Translations under genes and position numbers: made by a program
The notes under the pieces: generated by a model
Databases searched by the model: none
The model's input: only the letters and a program-made list of their open reading frames with translations
What the model was told of the DNA's origin: nothing
Part shown: piece by piece, positions 30,188-42,666 of the stretch
Numbering within the stretch: position 1 is the stretch's first letter
How the letters are laid out: every line of letters begins with the position of its first letter
Source of the DNA: Candidatus Izemoplasmatales bacterium
Lineage (GTDB): Bacteria > Bacillota_I > Bacilli_A > Izemoplasmatales > Hujiaoplasmataceae
Direction of reading: 5' to 3'
Assembly (NCBI GenBank): GCA_050177605.1
Contig: JBFXGX010000003.1
Location: 23,039-83,905 of the forward strand
Length of the DNA stretch: 60,867 nucleotides

Positions 30188-31363
30188 TTACTTTTTGAAA
30201 CGTTCTTTTAACCAAGAAGGGATTTGAATATCTTCTTGTTCTTGAGAACTTTCAGGCATTTCTTTCGTAAACTCTTCTTTTTGTTTCTTTCCTTTTTTAC
30301 GGTCTTCTTTTTTTGACGTTACTTTACGTTCTTCGAAAATATGATCAATCGATGGTTGTTCAACTTGAGCTGGTTTTGCCTTCTCAATTGTAACTTCTTT
30401 GAAAATAGGATCTTCACTGAATCCTGTCGCAATCACTGTTACAATGATTTCATCGTCTAAATCAGAGTTAATCGCCGAACCGTAAATGACACTAATATCG
30501 GTAGTCGATGATTTTTGAATTTCTTCAATAATCTCATTGATTTCATAAAGAGATGCATCATACCCCGAGGTAATATTTACAATCGCATCCGTTGCGCCAT
30601 TGATCGATGTTTCAAGTAATGGACTTCTAATTGCGGCTCTCGCAGCTTCAACAGCACGATTCTCTCCACCAGCAATACCAATTCCCATTAAAGCAGTACC
30701 TTTATCTTTCATCACTGTTTTAACATCGGCGAAGTCAACATTGACCACTCCTGGAACAGCAATGATTTCAGTGATACCTTGAACACCTTGGCGTAATACG
30801 TTATCTGCTTCTCTAAATGCATCAAGATAAGGTGTATTCTTATCTACGATATAGAGTAATTTATCATTTGGTATCACAATAAGTGTATCAACATATGGTT
30901 TTAATTCTTCTAAGCCTTGGAGTGCGACACTCGAACGCTTTCGCCCTTCAAATCCAAATGGTTTCGTGACAATACCAATGGTCAAACAACCCATTTCACG
31001 CGAGATTCTTGCGACAACTGGTGCTGCACCAGTCCCAGTGCCTCCGCCCATACCTGCAGTAATAAATACCATATCCGTATCGGCTAATAAATCTCGAATT
31101 TCATCTTCAGATTCTAAAGCTGCTTTTCTTCCTACTTCCGGATCAGCTCCAGCGCCAAGTCCTCTTGTAAGTAATTTTCCAAGTTGAAGTCTTATGTCCG
31201 CTTTGGACAACTTTAAAACTTGGGCATCTGTATTCATCGCAACGAATTCAACACCTTGAACATCGTTTTCGATCATTCGGTTAATAGCAGAACCTCCGCC
31301 TCCACCGATACCAATCACCTTAATATTTGGCTTTTGATTAAATTTATCATTAATGTCAAACAT
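30188..31363 (-). CDS. ftsZ: Cell division protein FtsZ
   Basis: GGGTGTG tubulin signature, NVDFAD, C-terminal IQIPSWL peptide. Confidence 0.98.
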   Translation of the reverse strand: MFDINDKFNQKPNIKVIGIGGGGGSAINRMIENDVQGVEFVAMNTDAQVLKLSKADIRLQLGKLLTRGLGAGADPEVGRKAALESEDEIRDLLADTDMVFITAGMGGGTGTGAAPVVARISREMGCLTIGIVTKPFGFEGRKRSSVALQGLEELKPYVDTLIVIPNDKLLYIVDKNTPYLDAFREADNVLRQGVQGITEIIAVPGVVNVDFADVKTVMKDKGTALMGIGIAGGENRAVEAARAAIRSPLLETSINGATDAIVNITSGYDASLYEINEIIEEIQKSSTTDISVIYGSAINSDLDDEIIVTVIATGFSEDPIFKEVTIEKAKPAQVEQPSIDHIFEERKVTSKKEDRKKGKKQKEEFTKEMPESSQEQEDIQIPSWLKERFKK

Positions 31364-31500
31364 GGTAATCCTCCCAAGTTCATAAATTTCGTTTTCTCTA
31401 TTATAACATTATACACAAAATCAGTTCATTATTTCAACTACATTTCAAGAAAAGAACATTATTTTGTAGATAATATTGATTTTATAGAATTTAATGTAAT

Positions 31501-33200
<1,700 letters not shown>

Positions 33201-33320
33201 AATTCCTCCTTGATACTCGTATTTAGTCGTGAATATTTTACTACTTTTTCACATTTTTTACAATTCAATTCTTCTTTTAATTGTATTTTTTAAATCATTT
33301 GATATAATAGGTACGCAACA

Positions 33321-33356
33321 CGCAGTTCGAAACCATCCTGCGAAATCAAAACTAGG
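33321..33356 (+). ncRNA. preQ1 class I riboswitch
   Basis: CGCAG-UUCGAAACCAUC-CUGCG stem-loop followed by AAAUCAAAACUAGG running into the AGGAGG RBS; extended -10 TGATATAAT at 33300-33308; precedes a queuosine precursor transporter. Confidence 0.9.
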
Positions 33357-33366
33357 AGGAAATATA

Positions 33367-34077
33367 ATGAATTTTTGGTATTTACTACTATTACTAGTAG
33401 TGAACTTTACTTTGCTAGGAGTTTCTTATAAACTTTTTGGCAAAAAAGGTGTTTACGGTTTTATTGTTTTAAGTGTTATTGCAGCGAATATTCAAGTCAA
33501 TAAAGGCGTCATGTTTACCTTTTTTGGAATCGATATTGAAGCAACGCTTGGTAATGTTATGTTTGGTGGTGTTTTCTTAGCTACAGACCTATTAAATGAG
33601 GTCTTTGGAAAGAAGACAGCACAAAGAGCAGTGATGATGTCTATTTACGCCAATGTTTCATTCATCATTGTTATGTTCGTTTCGACATTATTTATTGGTC
33701 TCAGTTATAGTAGCGATTATAACAACGCGCTCGAATTATTTTTCGGAATTAATGGAGGCGCTTTAAAAGCTGTGATTGTTGGAAATGTTGTCTATTTCAT
33801 TTCTCAATCACTTGATGTTCTTGTCTATGATAAAATACGTCAAAAGTTATCTAGTTATCCGCTTCTTTTTATTCGTAACAATGGTTCAACATTGATTTCA
33901 CAGTTTGTCGATACCGTTCTAGTGAGTTTTGGATTTGCTCTTGTTGGTATCTTTCCATTTGATATCATCGGAGGAATCATCATTTCAACCGTCGCAATCA
34001 AATACATTGTCGCTTTACTAGATACTCCATTCTTATACATTATGGCAAAATTAAAACCACTTGATAATGAAAAATAA
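33367..34077 (+). CDS. yhhQ: Queuosine precursor transporter, YhhQ/VUT family
   Basis: ANIQV.K, FLATDLLNE.FG, SQ..DV, RNNGSTLISQ..DT, LDTPF; true start 33367 after the riboswitch RBS. Confidence 0.9.
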   Translation: MNFWYLLLLLVVNFTLLGVSYKLFGKKGVYGFIVLSVIAANIQVNKGVMFTFFGIDIEATLGNVMFGGVFLATDLLNEVFGKKTAQRAVMMSIYANVSFIIVMFVSTLFIGLSYSSDYNNALELFFGINGGALKAVIVGNVVYFISQSLDVLVYDKIRQKLSSYPLLFIRNNGSTLISQFVDTVLVSFGFALVGIFPFDIIGGIIISTVAIKYIVALLDTPFLYIMAKLKPLDNEK

Positions 34078-34102
34078 AAGGCTAAAAGTTAGCCTTTTTT
34101 TT
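34077..34102. terminator. Bidirectional terminator
   Basis: AAAAGGCTAA-AAG-TTAGCCTTTTTTT between convergent yhhQ and queA. Confidence 0.85.
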
Positions 34103-34103
34103 C

Positions 34104-35129
34104 TTAAAATATGAACATTGAATCCCCAAATGAGAAGAATCGGTAGTGATTATCGATGGCTTCTTGATAAGCTTTCATCACAAATGCTTTGGATGAAAAC
34201 GCACTAACAAGCATCACAAGCGTCGACTTAGGAAGATGAAAATTCGTAATTAAAGCATCGATGGCTTTAAATTCAAATCCAGGATATATAAAAATCGTTG
34301 TAGAAGATGCTTCTGCGGTAAACTTCCCATACTTCGCCATATTTGCTTCAAGGGTTCTCGTCGAAGTTGTGCCAACAGAAATGATTCTTCTTTTTTCTTT
34401 TTTGGCAAGATTTAATTTTTCAGCAGTTTGTTCAGTAATCACATAATATTCTTCATGCATTTGATGTTTAGTAACATCCTCTACACTGACTGGTCGAAAT
34501 GTACCAAGTCCAACATGGAGTGTGATAGTTTCAACCTCTACACCTTTAGTTCTAATTTTATCAAGCAATTCTGTTGTAAAATGAAGCCCTGCAGTCGGTG
34601 CCGCAGCACTCCCTAAAACTTTGGAGTATACTGTCTGATAACGATCTTTTTCCTTAAGTTTTTCATGAATATAAGGGGGAAGTGGCATTTCACCGAGTTG
34701 ATCAAGAATCTCAATAAAAATACCATCAAAGATCATTTCAAAATGTTTGATGCCCTCTTCAAGCTCCTTGACACATCTAGCTTTAAGAAGATGATTTCCA
34801 AATGAAACGATGTCGCCAACTTTGATACGCCTCGAAGGTTTACAAAGTGTTTCCCAAATATGATTCCCTAAATCCCTTAAAAGCAATACTTCTATCTTAG
34901 CTTTTGTCGATATCTTTTCACCAATTAATCTAGCAGGATATACTTTGGTATCATTTAGTACTAATATATCGCCTGGAGCTAAATATTGAATGATGTCAGA
35001 AAAGTGATGATGTGAAATGGTTTCGTTGGTTTTATCGCAAACAAGCAATTTCGAATCAGATCTTTTTTCTAGTGGTGTCTGTGCTATTAATTCCTCAGGT
35101 AAATTGTAATCAAAATCATCTGTTTTCAT
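34104..35129 (-). CDS. queA: SAM:tRNA ribosyltransferase-isomerase
   Basis: [47 protein letters not shown]. Confidence 0.97.
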   Translation of the reverse strand: MKTDDFDYNLPEELIAQTPLEKRSDSKLLVCDKTNETISHHHFSDIIQYLAPGDILVLNDTKVYPARLIGEKISTKAKIEVLLLRDLGNHIWETLCKPSRRIKVGDIVSFGNHLLKARCVKELEEGIKHFEMIFDGIFIEILDQLGEMPLPPYIHEKLKEKDRYQTVYSKVLGSAAAPTAGLHFTTELLDKIRTKGVEVETITLHVGLGTFRPVSVEDVTKHQMHEEYYVITEQTAEKLNLAKKEKRRIISVGTTSTRTLEANMAKYGKFTAEASSTTIFIYPGFEFKAIDALITNFHLPKSTLVMLVSAFSSKAFVMKAYQEAIDNHYRFFSFGDSMFIF

Positions 35130-36135
35130 GATCAAATATCGTTCCTTGGTAACCTTTTTTTAGGTGCTTATAAGCTTTTTCAGTCACCACTCTACCTCGT
35201 GGTGTGCGGTTGATAAAACCTTTTTGAATTAAGAATGGTTCATAGACATCTTCTAAAGTTTGAGGATCCTCGCTAATTGAGGTTGCGATGGTCTCAAGTC
35301 CTACCGGTCCACCGTGATATTTTTCAATGATACCGAGTAAATATTCACGATCTTTTCGATCCAAACCTTCATCATCAATTTTAAGTTTATCTAATGCTGT
35401 TTTTGTTATATCAAGGGTAATCGTTCCATCACCTAAAATATCTGCAAAATCGCGAACACGACGAAATAAACGATTGACGATTCTCGGTGTTCCACGACTA
35501 CGCTTCGCAAGTTCAGTTAAAGCTTCCAACTCTGCAGGATATTCATAGATAGACGCGGTTCTTCTACAAATTGTTTCTAAATCTTGTAAATCATAAAACT
35601 CAAGTTTATGAACGATCCCAAATCGGTCTCTTAACGGGCCAGTTAAATCACCAAATCTGGTAGTGGCCCCAATCAAGGTAAATGGCGGTAAATCGACGCG
35701 AATTGACTTTGCACTAGCGTCTTTTCCAACAACGATATCAATGACAAAATCTTCCATCGATGAATACAGTATTTCTTCAACGATTTTTGGAAGCCGATGA
35801 ATTTCATCGATAAATAAAACATCCCCTGGTTCAAGCGATGTTAAAATCGCTGCAAGATCTCCTGTGCGCTCTACTGTTGGTCCTGAAACAATTTTAATGT
35901 TCACGCCAAGTTCATTTGCGATAACTTGAGCAAGGGTTGTCTTCCCTAAACCTGGTGGGCCATATAAAAGGACATGATCTAGCGATTCATTTCGTTTTTT
36001 TGCAGCTTCTACTGCAACTTGAATCATTTCCTTTACATTTTGTTGGCCAATGTATTCACGAAAAATGCGCGGACGTAGTGTCGCTTCAAGTTCATCATCG
36101 ATTAGTAAATTATTGGCAATAACTCGGTTGTCCAT
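35116..36135 (-). CDS. ruvB: Holliday junction branch migration helicase RuvB
   Basis: [35 protein letters not shown]. Confidence 0.97.
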   Translation of the reverse strand: MDNRVIANNLLIDDELEATLRPRIFREYIGQQNVKEMIQVAVEAAKKRNESLDHVLLYGPPGLGKTTLAQVIANELGVNIKIVSGPTVERTGDLAAILTSLEPGDVLFIDEIHRLPKIVEEILYSSMEDFVIDIVVGKDASAKSIRVDLPPFTLIGATTRFGDLTGPLRDRFGIVHKLEFYDLQDLETICRRTASIYEYPAELEALTELAKRSRGTPRIVNRLFRRVRDFADILGDGTITLDITKTALDKLKIDDEGLDRKDREYLLGIIEKYHGGPVGLETIATSISEDPQTLEDVYEPFLIQKGFINRTPRGRVVTEKAYKHLKKGYQGTIFDHENR

Positions 36136-36204
36136 ATCATAACACCTCACAACTATTATACCTTATTTTCAACTAATTTCATTCTACAAATTTATGTTCT
36201 TCAG

Positions 36205-36233
36205 TTGAATATTTATAATATCTATATTATAAT
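36205..36233 (+). promoter_or_regulatory. Sigma-A promoter of the giant helical-protein operon
   Basis: TTGAAT-N17-TATAAT, then AGGAGG RBS at 36252-36257. Confidence 0.7.
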
Positions 36234-36264
36234 GGACTTAAAGTAGATTATAGGAGGTGGAAAT

Positions 36265-39200
36265 ATGGCAAAACAAAGCGATATCATCAAAGTTACGATA
36301 GATTCCTATGAGTCAATTAAACGTGATTCTGATACAGCCATAGCCTCACTCAATGATCAACTTTCATCCTTACTTGAAGAAAAAAAACAACGATTAACTG
36401 AACTTGAAAAAGAATATGAACAAGTAGAACAAAATCATTTAGATCGATTTATACAAGTCGAAAATGATTATAATATCCTTGTCGAAGAGATCAAAAGAAA
36501 ATACATCGGAGACTTTGAAACACTCGATATAGAATATAAAGAATTAACAGATGTTATCGAATCAAAATCGTCCGATGAAATGGAAAAATATCAAAGCGTT
36601 TTATCTGAATATCAAGCTCAAAAAGATGAAGCTTACCAACGTTTTTTATCTTTAATCAATGAGTCCAATCAAATGATAGATGATGAGATGAAAGTTCATA
36701 CTGAATTCATCCAAAAAGAGGAACAAAAATATCTCTCTGAGGCTTTTAACTATCAATCAATGCAGTCAAAACAGTCTGATGATTTGTTATGGTCAATCGA
36801 GCAATCCAAAAATGCACTCTTAGAACTATCGAGTGACTTACGAGAAAAGACATCAAATCAAGTTTCCTTTATGAACGAGAATGTTTTTTCTACATTAACT
36901 AGTTTACGACAAACAAAACATAAAATATCTGCCCTATTTAAGAGTACGACCGATATCTATTCAAAACAAAAAGAGAAAATTGAGGCTTTATCACATCAAC
37001 GTCAAAAACCTCATTCTTTAATCAATCAAACGGTGATTCGTCAGTTTGTCAAACAAATTCGAGAAGTGAATCAAAAGAAAGAAGAATTCTCCAAGTTGAT
37101 TTCAAAAGAATTAATTGATTCAAAGAAGATTATTGGCGGAAGAATTCTCGAGGCAAATGAAAATAACGATAAAAATTTACTAGAAAAATACATTCTTCAA
37201 TATGAAATGATTGAAAGCAAAGCTGACTACCTTTTGAAACGTAATCAGTCGATGGCTGACCTCCTCATTTCGAAATATCAAGCTGAGATCAAGAAAATAA
37301 AAATTGATTCTTTTAAACGTGTTGAGGAAATTCGACTTGCTTATTATATGCCAACGATGTTTTTCCAAAACAGTATTATTCTTTATTCAAACTTCTCTTT
37401 CTACGTAAATGAATCCTTTGATGAACTCGATAACCTGTTATCCGACTTAATCTTGTTTAATCAGAAATATCTTGATGCAAAAATGGAATATGTTGTCGGC
37501 GATTCCAAACTACTTGAGGATTATAAAATTAATCTAATGGTCCAAATTAATAATGTCTGTAATTCACTCACTGACTATATCACTCAAATTGATAACTACA
37601 GCAAAGAAATTATTACACTTGAATCCAGAAATCAACTTGAAATTGCGGAAGTTAAAAAAAGGATTGAAAATGCAGATATTGAAGGTGACTATTTAAAATT
37701 TGAGTTATCTTTAGAAAAAGATCATTTCTTTGTCGATCATCAACACGAATCCAATCTTAAGATGATTTCCTTAGAGAAACAACGTGAAGCATCATTAATT
37801 AAAATTCAGCGAGAAATTGCTCTTGCAAGACAAAATGATGCCTTAAGTAAAGTCAAAACTGCTTATCTAAAAGAGATTGCAAAACTTGAAGAAGCCTCTC
37901 ATCAAGATGCCTACTTTAAGGATTTTGCATTTGCGAGAACAAGATACGAATATGCTAAGCAACAAAATGACCTTACCTTCGAAATAAGTAAGGAGACCGC
38001 TGAGGCAGTCCATCAACGAGAATTATATTTATTTGCCAAACGTTTTGAAACCGAAGAAAACGTCTTTTATGCCAGTCGTTCAAGAGGAAGTAGCGCAGTT
38101 ATTTCCTTTGTTCATCACGCTCAACGGATGATCGACATGAATCAAGCTGAGTCAAACTATATTATTTCACAGATTGATTCATTACAATCTCCTCGAACAT
38201 ACGTTTATTACTTAGAAAATACACGCACTCGATTAATCGAACATTTCAATCTTGAGTTTGAACAAAAAATCAAAATTAACCGTAAAGCACTAACGTTAAT
38301 TCATCATCAATTTTACCGTGTATCGAAAGCAATTCAAGAAGCTTTTTCACTTTCTAGAAATGACTTATCCAAGAAACTTCTTCTTCTGGTGGCTGAAAAT
38401 GCCGATGTGATTACAAGCCAGTTAGTATCCAAGGATTTGTATCTATACGATCGAATGAAGATGTCATCATTAATTTCTGAATTACTCGAAGATTTATTTA
38501 TCGATAACCATCAATTAGGTCAGATGAAACAAATTGAAAAGTGGATCAATGTTTATTTAGAAAAAGACATTATTAACTCCAAAGAAATGTTACAATCGAT
38601 GGTAAAAAAATCTCCAAAAAAACTTGTCCGTCCTGTGAAAGATTACTTAACCTTGTCGATACTACAACTCGATGAGTTAAATCTAAATATTAAGAACTTG
38701 CTCGATGAAATTGAGAAGTCCATGCTAGAAAAAGATGTGGCTATCATTGAAAATGCCGAAATGAAAGCAAACAAAACGAAAAATCTAGTGAATCAGGAAT
38801 ACGATCGATTGATCTATCTTGCAGATAAACAAGATGAGATGCGAAAACTTCAGTCGGCGCAACTAGTCCATGACACTTTGGAAATTGATTATGTCTTTAA
38901 AACAAAGGTCAAAGAAATCAATAGTATCTACGAAAAATCAGTGAAATCCGAAGAAGCAAAGCTCTTCTTTATCAAAGAGAATATAATTACCTTAATGAAG
39001 GAAGCAAAAAAGGCACATCAAAAAGCCTTGCGTAAGCTCGAGAAAGCATACATTGACGAACAAATGGATATTGATTTAAAACTGAGAGAGCATGAAAAGG
39101 CCCATGATGCGATTATTAAAGTACTTAACACGACCTATTTAAGTGATATCTCTTATATCGATAGTTTACAAAAGGAACAAGCGAAATTACTCGAGTCCAC

Positions 39201-39720
39201 AATGGCAAAACTTGATGAGTCCGCTATCCAAATTCCTTTACAATATGAAATGGAAATGAAAGCTCTAAAGCTAAAAAAAGATGAGTTAGTAGAAACAAAA
39301 CAACTTGCATTACTTGATGAATATACTCACATTGAAGAAAAGAAATTTGTTTCGCTTCCTAATTACAAATCTGAAATTGAACATATCAAGGAACGTTTAC
39401 CTGAAGACTATTTGTCATTATACAAAAAAATAACCGAAGCTGAAGATACTTTCTTAAATCAATACTTAACGATTAATCAAGATTATCAAGCCGATTTTGA
39501 TGCTTATATTCAGTCAAAGAAAGAAAAATCATTTTCACCAACTTATGAAAATGTGTTTTATCAGCCTTTTGAGTCTTTTGAAAAAATATCAACCAATATG
39601 TTAACGAAGAACAAGCAAGTTTATGATGATACACTATTTAAAGTAAAAGCAGCGAAAGAACAAATAACTACTGAAGAAAATAATTTTAAAGAGAAACAAA
39701 ATCGAATCATCAACGATTAG
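36265..39720 (+). CDS. Giant hypothetical alpha-helical/coiled-coil protein (1151 aa)
   Basis: Long ORF with strong RBS; rich in E/K/Q/L/Y and poor in Gly/Pro; no recognisable catalytic motif or TM segment. Confidence 0.88.
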   Translation: MAKQSDIIKVTIDSYESIKRDSDTAIASLNDQLSSLLEEKKQRLTELEKEYEQVEQNHLDRFIQVENDYNILVEEIKRKYIGDFETLDIEYKELTDVIESKSSDEMEKYQSVLSEYQAQKDEAYQRFLSLINESNQMIDDEMKVHTEFIQKEEQKYLSEAFNYQSMQSKQSDDLLWSIEQSKNALLELSSDLREKTSNQVSFMNENVFSTLTSLRQTKHKISALFKSTTDIYSKQKEKIEALSHQRQKPHSLINQTVIRQFVKQIREVNQKKEEFSKLISKELIDSKKIIGGRILEANENNDKNLLEKYILQYEMIESKADYLLKRNQSMADLLISKYQAEIKKIKIDSFKRVEEIRLAYYMPTMFFQNSIILYSNFSFYVNESFDELDNLLSDLILFNQKYLDAKMEYVVGDSKLLEDYKINLMVQINNVCNSLTDYITQIDNYSKEIITLESRNQLEIAEVKKRIENADIEGDYLKFELSLEKDHFFVDHQHESNLKMISLEKQREASLIKIQREIALARQNDALSKVKTAYLKEIAKLEEASHQDAYFKDFAFARTRYEYAKQQNDLTFEISKETAEAVHQRELYLFAKRFETEENVFYASRSRGSSAVISFVHHAQRMIDMNQAESNYIISQIDSLQSPRTYVYYLENTRTRLIEHFNLEFEQKIKINRKALTLIHHQFYRVSKAIQEAFSLSRNDLSKKLLLLVAENADVITSQLVSKDLYLYDRMKMSSLISELLEDLFIDNHQLGQMKQIEKWINVYLEKDIINSKEMLQSMVKKSPKKLVRPVKDYLTLSILQLDELNLNIKNLLDEIEKSMLEKDVAIIENAEMKANKTKNLVNQEYDRLIYLADKQDEMRKLQSAQLVHDTLEIDYVFKTKVKEINSIYEKSVKSEEAKLFFIKENIITLMKEAKKAHQKALRKLEKAYIDEQMDIDLKLREHEKAHDAIIKVLNTTYLSDISYIDSLQKEQAKLLESTMAKLDESAIQIPLQYEMEMKALKLKKDELVETKQLALLDEYTHIEEKKFVSLPNYKSEIEHIKERLPEDYLSLYKKITEAEDTFLNQYLTINQDYQADFDAYIQSKKEKSFSPTYENVFYQPFESFEKISTNMLTKNKQVYDDTLFKVKAAKEQITTEENNFKEKQNRIIND

Positions 39721-39729
39721 AAAGGAGTC

Positions 39730-42666
39730 ATGATGGCCAAAAAACAAGACAGTCTTCAAACTGATTTTGATAATATCACATCCTATAAAGACGAAAATCA
39801 AACAGCGCTAGATAAAGAGTTAAAATTGTATGAAGACTTCTTCCAAAAAGTCAACCATCATGCGCAAACTCATCGTCAAATTACGATGAATCAACTTTCT
39901 GAAATTGAAGAAAGACTTCATCATTTAAGAACAGAAGCGATTGAAATCAAAAATCAGTTGTTTTATCATGATGAATATACGATTGTAGATCGCCAACAAA
40001 TGATTTCCGATACTGAAAAACGTGTAGGTGATGAGAATCGGTCTTTTTATAATAGTCAATTTGAAGATAAGAAAGAAATGCTTGATACCATTGATTATTT
40101 GAACAAAGCTTTATTTCAAACAAAATCCAACTTTTTTGAAGAATATGAATTACATTATCTTCAAACGATTCTAGGACACGATGAATTTTATGAGTATTTT
40201 ATGCAAGCCGCTTCTTCTTTCCAACAAGTGCTTGAATCGCATCAAAAAGAGATTGTGACTCTTTTTTATAAATTAGATGATGAAATCAAAAAAATGGATG
40301 ATTCTATTTCAGAAATCATTAAAAGAAAAAATCGCACTGTGTCTCTAAACAATCATTTCTATGATGAACAAATGAAGTATTTTATCGATAACCAATTATT
40401 GTTTAGTGCGGAAAACGATCCAACAACCATTGATATTCAAGCATTAATATCCGATAAGATTGCTCAAGTTGAAACCTTTGAAGAATATTTAAAGGAAGAA
40501 GATCAAAAACTCGTTCAGGAGTTACAAAATGAGTATCAATCTTTATACGATAAAATATTGAAAAGACAACTTCAACGAAAATCAAATCTTTTAATTGATA
40601 ATACTGATTTATTTGATCAACCTCAAAATTACCTTGAGTCCTATCAAGCAAAAATACTTGCTGCTCATCAAACGAATAAGAAAACCGAATTAAAAAATTA
40701 TATTCGCACCTATTCTTCGATTAAACGATATAAAAAATATCAAAAATCGATTGAAAAGAAGACAATTAATTTATTAAAGCCTGTAGAAAAAGAAAAAAAG
40801 GAAAAACTATTGGCTTACAGACTTCATTCTTTAAGTACTATGTCCACATTGAATCAATACTTGGATGAATATACTGATTTTATGGATATTGATCCATTCT
40901 ATGCACAAATCATTGGAGATAAATCTTCAAAAATGATTAAGGATGAATTAAATCGACTTCAAATTCTAAAGGCAAACAAAGAGTTAAAGGTCAATATCGA
41001 TTATGATATCGAGTCATTGAAAATCAAGAATAAGATTAATCTAGTTGAGTTACAACTTCAACATGAAGTAAAAAAGCATCTTCTTCTTCAAGAACAAGAT
41101 TTATTGGTAACAATTGCTAGTTTGAACTTAAATCTTATTACCAACAAGAAATGTGTGATTAAGCAATATAATGAGGTAAAAAAAGAATCCTTGCAAATTG
41201 CAAAGATTCAGGAAGTCATCGAAACTCATCTACACTTTTTACATGCATTAAGCAATGTAACGAGAGAAATGGAATCAAAAGCAGTTATTCAAATGATTAA
41301 GGAAATTCGACAAGATGAGACTCATTTGATTCATGTTTCTGATGCAGCTTCAAAAATCAAACTAAAACTAAAAGAATATGATATTAAAGCTTTACATTTT
41401 AAAACGATGCTTGAGAATGAACTTAGTTATTTAGTTATTCAATCTTCTCGTGTTGACGAAGAAAACAAAGTTCATAATGAGTTTATTTTGACCACTTATC
41501 AAAATCAAATGAGATTTGCTGAAGAACAAATCACACTCGCCGAACGTGAGTATAGACTAAGAGGCGAAGCCATCAATAGCGCTACCGAAGGTGAAAAACA
41601 ATACTTTGAAGATTTAATTCATCGAAAGATGAAAAAATATGAATCAGATTTGAATCAGGAACAACATGAGTATGAAGCCCTACTTTATCATAATCGACAT
41701 ATCTTATCTGAAACAACAGATCCAAAGATTCATAAAATTCTAGAAAAAGAAGCGAAATCATTAAAAGCCAAACATGATCGATTTGTAGAAGATATGTGGA
41801 AAGAAATATCTAAAGACGAAATGATCGCCTCTGCGAAACGCCGGATGATGGATTTAGATGAAGAAGCTTTGGATGCTCTAGATGATGCAAAAACATTAAG
41901 AGACGAAACGCTGAATCAAATGGCTTCTATTTACGAAGATGCTAGACAGCATTATGAAGTCATCAAACCTTATCTTGATAACAAAATGAATATTTTGGAT
42001 CCTGATTTTTTCAATCATTTAGAAAGAATGAATCAACGTTATGATTTTAAAATGAAACTCAGCGAAGCATCCCTTGATGCGGAAACAGAACAATTGATTG
42101 ATGACTTCAAAAAAATCTATTTTGAAGAAGTTCCAGTTGTTGATAAAGAAGTTTACAATAATATGATTGCTACGCTAAGTGCAAAAAGAGAACAAATCCG
42201 TTTATCATATCAAGAAAAATTAACCATGATTGAAAATCGATATCAATCAGAAATAGCTAAAATCGATCAAACGCTACTGGATCAATATGGTAAACTTGAT
42301 ATATTAGCGAACGAAGAATTACTCATCGTCGAAAACTCAAAAAGGGAAATCAACCAAGAACTAGATGCTTTGCTTCTTGCCTATGACGAAGAAAAAGCAA
42401 ATCTTGGGGAGAAGTTATCGACATCAACCATTCAGTATATGCAGGAATACCAATTATCGATATCGAATAACAAAAAATATATCGATACCTTATCTTCAAA
42501 TTTTGATAAATTACTGAAGAGTTATCAACCTTATATGAATATCATTAAAAAAGATCGACGTGTTAAAATGATTTCAACTCACCATCACCACAAATACAAA
42601 CGTCTAGAACGAAAAGGTATGAATGATATTCACCGATTAATCAAAAACACAACACTAAAAAAATAG
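39730..42666 (+). CDS. Giant hypothetical alpha-helical/coiled-coil protein (978 aa)
   Basis: 9-nt gap after the previous ORF with AAGGAG RBS; similar composition; no recognisable motif. Confidence 0.88.
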   Translation: MMAKKQDSLQTDFDNITSYKDENQTALDKELKLYEDFFQKVNHHAQTHRQITMNQLSEIEERLHHLRTEAIEIKNQLFYHDEYTIVDRQQMISDTEKRVGDENRSFYNSQFEDKKEMLDTIDYLNKALFQTKSNFFEEYELHYLQTILGHDEFYEYFMQAASSFQQVLESHQKEIVTLFYKLDDEIKKMDDSISEIIKRKNRTVSLNNHFYDEQMKYFIDNQLLFSAENDPTTIDIQALISDKIAQVETFEEYLKEEDQKLVQELQNEYQSLYDKILKRQLQRKSNLLIDNTDLFDQPQNYLESYQAKILAAHQTNKKTELKNYIRTYSSIKRYKKYQKSIEKKTINLLKPVEKEKKEKLLAYRLHSLSTMSTLNQYLDEYTDFMDIDPFYAQIIGDKSSKMIKDELNRLQILKANKELKVNIDYDIESLKIKNKINLVELQLQHEVKKHLLLQEQDLLVTIASLNLNLITNKKCVIKQYNEVKKESLQIAKIQEVIETHLHFLHALSNVTREMESKAVIQMIKEIRQDETHLIHVSDAASKIKLKLKEYDIKALHFKTMLENELSYLVIQSSRVDEENKVHNEFILTTYQNQMRFAEEQITLAEREYRLRGEAINSATEGEKQYFEDLIHRKMKKYESDLNQEQHEYEALLYHNRHILSETTDPKIHKILEKEAKSLKAKHDRFVEDMWKEISKDEMIASAKRRMMDLDEEALDALDDAKTLRDETLNQMASIYEDARQHYEVIKPYLDNKMNILDPDFFNHLERMNQRYDFKMKLSEASLDAETEQLIDDFKKIYFEEVPVVDKEVYNNMIATLSAKREQIRLSYQEKLTMIENRYQSEIAKIDQTLLDQYGKLDILANEELLIVENSKREINQELDALLLAYDEEKANLGEKLSTSTIQYMQEYQLSISNNKKYIDTLSSNFDKLLKSYQPYMNIIKKDRRVKMISTHHHHKYKRLERKGMNDIHRLIKNTTLKK

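Noticed and set aside
33229..33366. N-terminal extension of yhhQ in the ORF track
   Set aside because: The region holds the promoter, preQ1 riboswitch and RBS; the real start is 33367
36265..42666. Giant ORFs as SMC/SbcC/MukB or phage tape-measure proteins
   Set aside because: No Walker A/B or ABC signature, no Ala/Gly-rich tape-measure composition, and no phage genes nearby
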